NCBI RefSeq assembly: GCF_006345805.1
Contig: NW_021824831.1
Span: forward strand, 1,626 to 65,625
DNA: 64,000 bases
Reading direction: 5' to 3'
Origin: Octopus sinensis
Taxonomy: Eukaryota
Part shown: one piece after another, positions 55,137 through 64,000 of the stretch
Layout: each line of letters begins with the position of its first letter
How positions within the stretch are numbered: the first letter of the stretch is position 1
Translations under genes and position numbers: made by a program
The notes under the pieces: model-generated
The model's database searches: none
What the model was told of the DNA's origin: nothing
Seen by the model: the letters and a program-made list of their open reading frames with translations, nothing else

Positions 55137-56465
55137 AGGCTTGAAGGTTGTGGAGGACCTCATCATGTGAGTCGAGGACTTTCTTGTCGTTCATTTTAAC
55201 AAAAACGCAGAAAATATTTTTTTTTAATTTTTGGGCTTGAAGGTTTTGGGGGACCACATCATGTGAGTCGAGGACTTTCTTGTTGTTCATTTAACAAAAA
55301 CGCAGAAAATAATTTTTTTTAAATTTTTTGGCTTGAAGGTTTTGAGGGACCACATCATGTGAGTCGAGGACTTTCTTGTTGTTCATTTTAACAAAAACGC
55401 AGAAAATAATTTTTTTAATTTTTTGGCTTGAAGGTTTTGAGGGACCACATCATGTGAGTCGAGGACTTTCTTGTCGTTCATTTTAACAAAAACGCAGAAA
55501 ATATTTTTTTTTAATTTTTGGGCTTGAAGGTTTTGGGGGACCACATCATGTGAGTCGAGGACTTTCTTGTTGTTCATTTAACAAAAACGCAGAAAATAAT
55601 TTTTTTTAATTTTTTGGCTTGAAGGTTTTGAGGGACCACATCATGTGAGTCGAGGACTTTCTTGTTGTTCATTTTAACAAAAACGCAGAAAATAATTTTT
55701 TTTTAATTTTTTGGCTTGAAGGTTTTGAGGGACCACATCATGTGAGTCGAGGACTTTCTTGTTGTTCATTTTAACAAAAACGCAGAAAATAATTTTTTTT
55801 AATTTTTTGGCTTGAAGGTTTTGGGGGACCACATCATGTGAGTCGAGGACTTTCTTGTTGTTCATTTTAACAAAAACGCAGAAAATAATTTTTTTTAATT
55901 TTTTGGCTTGAAGGTTTTGGGGGACCACATCATGTGAGTCGAGGACTTTCTTGTTGTTCATTTTAACAAAAACGCAGAAAATAATTTTTTTTAATTTTTT
56001 GGCTTGAAGGTTTTGGGGGACCACATCATGTGAGTCGAGGACTTTCTTGTTGTTCATTTTAACAAAAACGCAGAAAATAATTTTTTTTAATTTTTTGGCT
56101 TGAAGGTTTTGGGGGACCACATCATGTGAGTCGAGGACTTTCTTGTTGTTCATTTTAACAAAAACGCAGAAAATAATTTTTTTTAATTTTTTGGCTTGAA
56201 GGTTTTGGGGGACCACATCATGTGAGTCGAGGACTTTCTTGTTGTTATTTTAACAAAAACGCAGAAAATAATTTTTTTAATTTTTTGGCTTGAAAGTTTT
56301 GGGGGACCACATCATGTGAGTCGAGGACTTTCTTGTTGTTCATTTAACAAAAACGCAGAAAATAATTTTTTTAATTTTTTACCTTGAAGGTTTTGGGGGA
56401 CCACATCATGTGAGTCGAGGACTTTCTTGTTGTTCATTTAACAAAAACGCAGAAAATAATTTTTT
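55137..56465 (-). repeat. Tandem array of the same 96-bp unit, 14 copies
   Basis: 14 GAGTCGAGGAC cores counted; reverse complement of the 27040-30290 unit. Confidence 0.98.
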
Positions 56466-56923
56466 TATTGATCTGGTTGTAACAATTTGATTAATGTGGG
56501 TGTGCACAGACAGACAGACAGACAGAAGACACACAGACAGACAGACAGACACACACCATACCATTTTATTATTAAGATATTCTACATAGGCTGAGGATCT
56601 CTTGCTACATATTATATTAATTATACAATAAGTTTTTTTGATACATAGGCTAACTTATTATCCACAGCTGAAAGCCCTGCCGATGTTAGTAATTATGATA
56701 TCAAATGTTGCTTTTACCACAACATTCGCGCATTTCCATTGCCAAAATTTAGCTTCCAAAACAGACTTTATGTGGTTTTGGTTTTAGCTTCCAGAACTCT
56801 GAGACTAAATAAAGTTGAGAACACTATTATCCGATATGCACTCAAAACTATTTTAATTTCTCAAAGCAATACAGATTATATTAAAAATAACAAGACATAA
56901 TAAATAAGTTAAAACTAGTTAAT

Positions 56924-57269
56924 CTAAGGATAGCAGACACCACAGTGGGTACATCTGTTCTCTTGCATCAGAAGGCAACAGCAAAGACCGATTGGAAAAA
57001 ATATTATCCCAATGAGTATCCCCAAGAGGCTATAACTTCTAATTACAGATCCGATCTAAAATGATTACTGAATGAACGCATACTCCACAGTTACTACACA
57101 GGGCATGGGCCGGGCGGACATACACAACTTGTTTGGGAGTGGAAATGTGCATTCCAGAATGTTGTGGCGCTGAAGGGTAAGGAGTGAATGTTGTTGTTGG
57201 CGCTGAAGGGTAGGGAGTGGATGTTGTTGCTGGAGGCACTGAATAAGGTGGGGGAGCATCATAAGCCAT
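56924..57269 (-). CDS. BRI3: Brain protein I3-like small membrane protein, about 105 aa
   Basis: MAYDAPPPYS...PYPSAP...CSNCG|IGSVIRSYSLLGILIGIIFFPIGLCCCLLMQENRCTHCGVCYP*: Pro-rich N-terminus, CxxC-hydrophobic-CxxC. 28-nt GT-AG intron at 57056-57083. Confidence 0.85.
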
Positions 57270-57623
57270 AACCACACAAAACAATAAATAATTTTATTTT
57301 TTATTTGAATAAAAAAATAAGATTGTTGTAAATTATTTTTTTTGCATTGACGAGCGTATTTTTGCATTGCTTTCAGAAGTCGAAGATGACGTCTAGGTTA
57401 GCTAGTTAAATGATACAATGTTACTATCTTGGCATAGGAATCGCAATAATTGTGGAGCTCCAATTTCCTTTTAGAATTTCTTATCCATCGCTAACAATTC
57501 TTTTAGTTGTGGATCGATGCCCATCCCATAAACTTTACGCTGATTTACAGTCAATTGAAGTTCTTTACCTACCTTCGAAGATTACAACAATTCTACAGCC
57601 AATGGATCAAGGAATCATTAGAT

Positions 57624-58946
57624 CAGGGGTGCGCAAGTGCGGCCGCGAGTCGATGAATGTGCGGCCGTGGGCACAATTAGGTCATCAAGCAACTAATCTT
57701 AAATATAGTGCTCATAGTGTTAATTAATCAAGAAAAACCCTAAATAATAATTAAAAATATTCATATTAAATAAAATTCTATTTTTATATAATGGTTAACC
57801 TTTATTAAAAGTAATTATCATAAACGGCTTAATTTATTTATGTCATTACCTGTTAAAAGACGACGTGCTTTGAATGACGAAAAAAGAAAATTTAATATCA
57901 ACTGGGAAAGTGAATACTTCGTAGTCGAAACAGACAACAATAGTATGCAATGCTTATTGTGCCATGAGATTGTGAAAACTATAAAACGGGACAATGCTAA
58001 ACAACATTTTCAAAGACATTTAGACCACCTAGTTGTCAAGTCCATATATCAATAATTTGAATATATCTTTGCAAGGTAAGGACCAAACAATTTGTCGAAT
58101 CTATAAAAAAATTAACGATTTTATGGATACATGCCGCCTACTGAAGATTCACATAGAAAAAAATGAATTATTTTATTTTCAAAAAATCAAAAATCTCATT
58201 GATGACAAAATAATTAATTATGACGATCTTACACCAAATACATTTAATACTATATTCGATTATATTTTGAAACAATTTGAAGAGCGATTTAACGAATTAA
58301 AAAAAATTGAACTCAAACTTCAATTAACTGCAGCACCACATACTGTTTCGATTGAGAATGCGCCATTGGAATTTCAAATTGAATTATTGAAATTAAAAAA
58401 TGATTTAATTTTGCAATGATTTAATCAGCCACAGATTATCCAAATTTACGTGAAATGGCAAGAAATTATTCTCGTTTTATTCGGATGCACATATTTATGT
58501 GAGTCTACATTTTCCAAAATGAAATATTTAAAAAGTCAATATAGATCTCGGATAACGGATGCAAACTTAGAGTCATGTTTGCGCATAATGATATCTACCC
58601 TACCAGTGCATTTCAATAAGCTCGCAAAAAATACCAAAGATCCTGGCCGTCATTAGAATAACTTGTATAATACATTTCTTTTAATTAATTTTCCTTCTTT
58701 CTTATCTTTTGTCCATGAAATAATTATTTATTTTAATAATATGATGTCCCTGATGAACGAAAGCATTTCCTGTCCAAGAACTCATTCGGTCTCGATGACA
58801 ATGGGCAACTTATGCGGGCACTTTTAATAATTAAAAAAAATTACTATATTAATATCAAAAAAATAATGCAGAAAATGTGCGGCCGTGGAAGAAAAGGAAA
58901 AAAACATGCTATGCGGCCGCAAACCCAAAAAGCTTGCGCACCTCTG
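57624..58946 (+). mobile_element. Buster/SPIN-type hAT deletion derivative
   Basis: TIRs CAGGGGTGCGCAAG / CTTGCGCACCTCTG, TSD CATTAGAT (57616-57623, 58947-58954). KRKFNINWESEYF...CLLCHE and LFGCTYLCESTFSKMKYLKSQYRSRI fragments. Confidence 0.9.
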
Positions 58947-59207
58947 CATTAGATCCTTCAAAGGACATTTTAATAAACTTAAATTTGAGTTTATGTTAGA
59001 AAAAATTGAAAATGGAGAAAATCCACTGGAAGCTCATAAAAAAATAACTTTAAAAGACGGTCGGTCTTCTTTTTACATATTTTGCCTGGAAAAAAGTAAC
59101 GACCAAAACAATTAAAAATTGTTTCGGACATTCAAAATGGATCGAATGTGAAAATCAATTCGAAAGACCAACTGTTGAAATTGATAATTATGATCAAATG
59201 GTAAATA

Positions 59208-62200
59208 CAGTAGACCAGAGGTTTCAAATGGGAGGCGCGCCTCCCTAGGGAGGCGTTGACTCGTGTCAAGGGAGGCGCGAAAAGTATTTCAGAAACATTT
59301 TTAGAAAATTATATCTATGTAAAAAACGTGACTATATTCCGATAATAAGAGTTATTATTTAAAAATTATATTTTTTCAAAATTTATTTAATTTATTAGAC
59401 AATTAAATAATTTTAACACATGAATAAATCTTGAGTGGTTGCAAAAGAAAATTCACGAATAATAAAGATTTTGACGATGGTTCAAAAAATCAAAATGATT
59501 GGAATATAATCAATACCACTCCAAAGACAAGAAAATACTTTCCATCTTACTTATTGTTAGGATTCACACGTATCTTTGTTGATTCTATGGAAAGACCCCT
59601 CTGTTGCTTTGCCTCAAAACACTTGCAGCAGATAGTATGAGGCCATGCAAATTAAGAAGACATTTTGAAACGATGCATTCTGAACATGTCCATAAGTCTG
59701 AAGAATTTTTTAAAAGAAAATTAGAAGAGTTTGATAACCAAACGAAATCGTTAAAAAAACTTGTTTCTGTCTCTTCAAATGCTTTACTAGCATCGTACAA
59801 AGTTTCTTACAGGATTGCAAAATGCAAGAAACCGCACAATATCGGAGAAACTCTAGTTTTGCAGCAGCTATCGATATGGTTGAAGCAATGTTGGCGAATC
59901 CTATGCAAAACAATTACAGCAAATACCGCTTGCTGATAACACAGTCGCTAGAAGAATTGATGACATATCTGAAGATCTTTGTGATCAGTTGGTTTCTCGA
60001 CTACGTAACTGTAAATTTGCTATACAAGTTGATGAGGGAGCTGACATAATAAAATGCACATTTAATTGCATATGTCAGATATGCTGAAGAAAGTACAATA
60101 ATAGAAGATCTATTATTCTGCAATTGTGAGGTACGCTGGCTATCTCGTGCAAAAGTGATTAGAAGGGTGTTTGAACTCAAAGATCAAGTTGCAGATTTTC
60201 TTGATGAAAATGATATTGAAGATGCAAAGTTGTTCAGGGATGATGACTTTATTGTCAAATTTGCCTATTTAGTTGACATTTTTGGGAAATTGAGTATATT
60301 GAATAAATCAATGCAGGGACCACAACTACATTTATTCTCTCAAAAGGACAAAATAAAAGCATTGAAAAAAATTGGTATTATGGAAATCAAATATACAAAA
60401 AAATATCTATGACATGTTTCCACTTTTAAACACCTTTTGCGCCATAGTGAACATTGAAGCAAACAAAGACATATTTGCTGACATTTGGATTGTTTGTTGA
60501 AGCATTTTGCTCACTATTTTAAAGATCTCGACTGTAAAATGTTCGAATGGATACAGAATCCATTTATTGATGAAGAAGATAATCAATTTGCATTGACAAC
60601 TTTTGAAAAAGAAAAATTGATAGAATTGTCATGCGATACATTATTGAAACAAAAATTTGAGAGAGAACCGCTAATTTCTTTTTGGTTGAATGTAAGAACG
60701 GAATATGAAATTTTGTCGAATAAGCAATGAAAGTTTTGTTGCCATTTGCTACTTCATATTTATGCGAAACTGGATTTTCTGCACTAGCTGCAATTAAATC
60801 TAAATATCGAACTCGTTTAGTAGTGACTAATGAGCTAAGAGTAGCACTCTCTGCGATGACACCAAGATTTGAAAAACTTTGCGCCAAGATGAAAAAAAAT
60901 TATCTCATTAACTTTTTGTTTTAAAAAAATGTTTTTGATAAAATAATAATTGTATTATATTAGGAATATAAAGGGAGGCGCAAGATTGTACTTTTTCTCT
61001 AAGGGAGGGCGGTAAAAAAAGCTTGGAAACCTCTGCAGTAGACTATTCATTTAACGAAAATGAAAATGAGCATTCGTTAAATGAATTTAACGAAAAAAAT
61101 TGTTTAATTAAAAATGTTGTCATGTAATCGGTAATTTTAGGTTCCTTCTTTTTAATTTTTGCCAATATATTTCTCAAATTTGTAATTAGGTGAATATGTT
61201 CACCAGATTCTTGCAAAAAATATTTTTCAATATTTTCCAAATATTTAAGTGCATCTGCATAACCAATGGGATTGTCATTTGTGCTATCTATTTCTTCATG
61301 CTCATTTTCTTCCTCACATTGTATTGTATCAAGATACGCGTTTTCTTCGCAGACGACAGGTGCACAAACAGGAAACTCAATCATAATTTCACTTTTATTA
61401 TCTTTAATTGTAAGGTGATTTAAATTTAATAACTTTTTCGTCAGTGGATTCTTCGAGTATTTTTTCATCTATCTTCGCCCAATTATTTAATGCCTTGTTA
61501 AAGCAATTTTTGATAGTGTCCACTGTGACTTCGTTCCAAGCCTCAATAATTAAAGGTAGAGCATTCACTAATTTGAATTTGGTAAGTTCATCTGTATATG
61601 ACAATGTTCCTATATTTGTTTCCATACTCAAATTTCTAGTCATTCCTTTTTTATACAACGATTTAAATTCTGTCCAGCACAATCCCTTGATCAATTGGTT
61701 GAATCTTAGATGTTGTCTTTGGAGGAAGAAAATACAATTCGATATTACTGAATTCGCCATCAAAATAGTGAACTGGCGCATTATCTAAAAGAAGCAAAAT
61801 CTTTCTATTTTCCACACTCATTTTGGAATTTAACCGTTCAACCCAGTTTTTAAAAATTAAACTGGTCATCCAAGATTTATTGCTATTTGCATATTGAATC
61901 CCAAGATTATTCATATTAATATTTTTAAAACCATGAGGATTTTTGAATTTTCCGATTACCAACGGATGCTCTTTATCTCCTTCCATATTTGTGCATAATA
62001 ACAGTGTTATTCGTTCTTTAGAAAATTTTCCTGAAGCCCTTGATTCGGAGTCAAGAACTAATCTTTTTTTGGAGTACATTTGAAAAAAAGGGCAGTTTCA
62101 TCGCAGTTGTAAAAATTTTTCGATCCATATTTTTTTAACATGGCTGCAAAGCGTTCATACGAATCTATAAGCAAAACGGGATCCACTAATTGTTTTTCTC

Positions 62201-62845
62201 CAGAAATCGTGAGTGTTTTTATTTTATACTCTTCCTTAAAGCGTGAAATCCATGGGTGAGATGCTTTGAAATTTTCAATATAAAATCGTTGAGCAATTTT
62301 GAGTGCCATTTCGCGTACCATTTCATTAGTTATGGTGTGATTACAGAAACGTTTGTTCTGAATCCATGCATATAGTGGTTCATATATCTTATCAGTACAA
62401 CTTTTAAATGTAATATTCTTTTTTTGTTTGTGACGCCTTGATCCATACCATTGCATTTTCTTCAACGTTGAATTGATCACTCCAATAGGCATATTAAACC
62501 GCTGAGCCAAATTTTCTTGAGTAACATCAGGATTATTTTTCTTGAAATCAATAACTTCCAGTTTTTGTTAAATTTGATAAGTTTTTCTTTTTTTCTTCAT
62601 ATTGTTCACCCTTGCACACATGGTTTACTACAAAGAAATAGCGAGGAAAAATTATTTTAAAATTTTATCAAAAATTTTAATTTTCGTTATTTAAATATTC
62701 GTTAAATATATTTAAATATTCACTAATACAAAGAAAAAAAATTTTATTTTTGAATTTATCTAAGGAAAAACGTAAAAAAATATTTTGACTTTCGTAAAAT
62801 GAATATTTTCGTTAAATTTTTTTTCGTTAAATGGATAGTCTACTG
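59208..62845 (-). mobile_element. Inner Tigger/pogo transposon, frameshifted, with hAT in its 3' TIR
   Basis: TA-flanked TIRs CAGTAGACTAT(T/C)CATTTAACGAAAA. ORFs 61043-62600: FKASHPWISRFK, NCDETALF, RKILLLLDNAPVH, QPIDQGI. Confidence 0.92.
59216..61035 (+). mobile_element. Buster/Charlie-type hAT with fragmented transposase
   Basis: TIRs CAGAGGTTTC(A/C)AA, TSD CAGTAGAC (59208-59215, 61036-61043). SMRPCKLRRHFETMH, KKPHNIGE, CEVRWLSR, LLPFATSYLCETGFS. Confidence 0.92.
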
Positions 62846-64000
62846 TATCTTGAAAATATTGGACCCGGTGGATAAAGATGATTTTATTAATCATGAATTT
62901 ACCGAAATAGATGAAATTAAAGATTACCTTAATATTGCTGGAGATTCTTTTCCACACAAATATGAAGATGAAGATACTCATAATGACGAATCTCATGTGA
63001 CTTCAGAAGAGGCTTTGAAAATGTTGAAAAGAATAAAGTCATTCTTTTATCAAAATGAAAATTTTGATATAAATTCGTTGGAACTAATCGAAACCGTTAT
63101 TAAAAATATGGCTGAATTAAAAAAAACTATTAAAGATTTTTTAGTTAATTTTTTCCTTTTAATTTCTTTCGATTCTCTTTGTTTCTTTGCTCAAATATGA
63201 CTTGGAAGGCTCACTTATGATCGGAAAGTATCGAAAACGGAGATGTTTTCAAAATTTCAATGTCAACAAATTTATTGATTATTTCTATTGCTCGCCATTT
63301 TTTCTTCGGTCCCGAAAATGGCGAGCACCAGAGGTTTTACTGTATACTGTAAACTCAATTAGCATTTAAAAGACAGACTTTATAGTAGAGACCTGTTTTA
63401 TCAGTCTCGAAATCTTGAAAAAAACTTCCTTGCTCTAGTGAACATTGGATTTTTATCAGCATAAAATCAGAAGTTATAAAAAATTTTCTTTCCAGTATTT
63501 TTAAAAAAACTTCTGACATCTTAAAACACTAAATAAATAAACTTTATACTGCATGCATCAGCTCCATTGCCATTCCATGTTTTTCATAATGTTTAAATGG
63601 TGTTTTTCTAACACATCTTGAAACTTTTTGGAAGATGGTCACATCAAAATTACTGTGGTGCTTGGCTGCGGACTTAATATGTCGAATAAGCATTAAAAAT
63701 CAAACAGTTCTTTCAAATGGAGCCTTGACTGTTCATATTTGAAAATTCAAAATTAGAAAGATGGTTCTACTATTGATTAGATCTGTTTAAATGGAATGGT
63801 TAAATTGGCTCTACTTCAAAACCAGGGAATGTTTACTTCAAAATTAGACTAGAACTCTATAAATTTGGGGTGCGGATATCGAAAGGCCTCCCGGGCACAT
63901 CATTTCCTTCGTCCACTTAGGAAGTTGGTAATCCACTGCTTCCTGGAAAATCTGTTTGAAATTATTTTTAACAGTAACGCCATTAGAATTGAAGATTGTA

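Larger units (their letters stand above)
53490..56577 (-). mobile_element. Second copy of the array-bearing Helitron, convergent with the first
   Basis: A|TCTTAATAATAAAATGG 5' end at 56577, (TGTC)n, 14-unit array, the same unique spacer, PIF1 remnant, hairpin and CTAG|T at 53490. Confidence 0.92.
57490..63342 (+). mobile_element. Outer Tigger/pogo element interrupted by a hAT and a second Tigger
   Basis: ILLVVDRCPSH...QPMDQGIIR|SFKGHFNK rejoined across the hAT; DNYDQMVN|ILKILDP rejoined across the inner Tigger; 3' TIR GAGGTTTTACTG|TA ending 63342. 5' end not found. Confidence 0.8.

Noticed and set aside
53463-56623. Apparent TSD TGAGGATCTCT(C/T)GCTACATATTA on both sides of the second Helitron
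   Set aside because: The right copy starts 14 bp from the element and has mismatches. Helitrons make no TSD. Best read as a pre-existing short tandem duplication entered at an A|T site.

Overview
AT-rich animal genomic DNA in which four intact host genes and one pseudogene sit in a dense, heavily nested transposon landscape. Host genes, reconstructed by hand through their introns: an ML/NPC2-like lipid-binding protein (18436-18959), a non-muscle-type myosin II heavy chain (36751-43131, 23 introns, about 1933 aa), DNAAF5/HEATR2 (45014-47771, 8 introns, about 849 aa) and a BRI3-like membrane protein (56924-57269, minus). All 34 host introns are GT-AG and only 23-29 nt long. Together with a motile-cilia gene, this points by inference to a dicyemid-like animal. 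The dominant structure is a Helitron family (A|TC...hairpin-CTAG|T) carrying a (TGTC)n microsatellite, an internal 96-bp tandem array and a decayed PIF1 helicase. It appears as a 34-monomer copy (26435-33090), a convergent 14-monomer copy (53490-56577) and an older single-monomer relic (19031). Other notable points: two different Buster-type hAT elements inserted at the identical 8-mer in the same Tigger terminal repeat; the NPC2-like gene lying inside a cleanly split Tigger transposase; a Merlin transposase with four host-sized introns; and an unprocessed La-motif pseudogene. No rRNA, tRNA or CRISPR array was found. All calls are by eye, with no database searches run.
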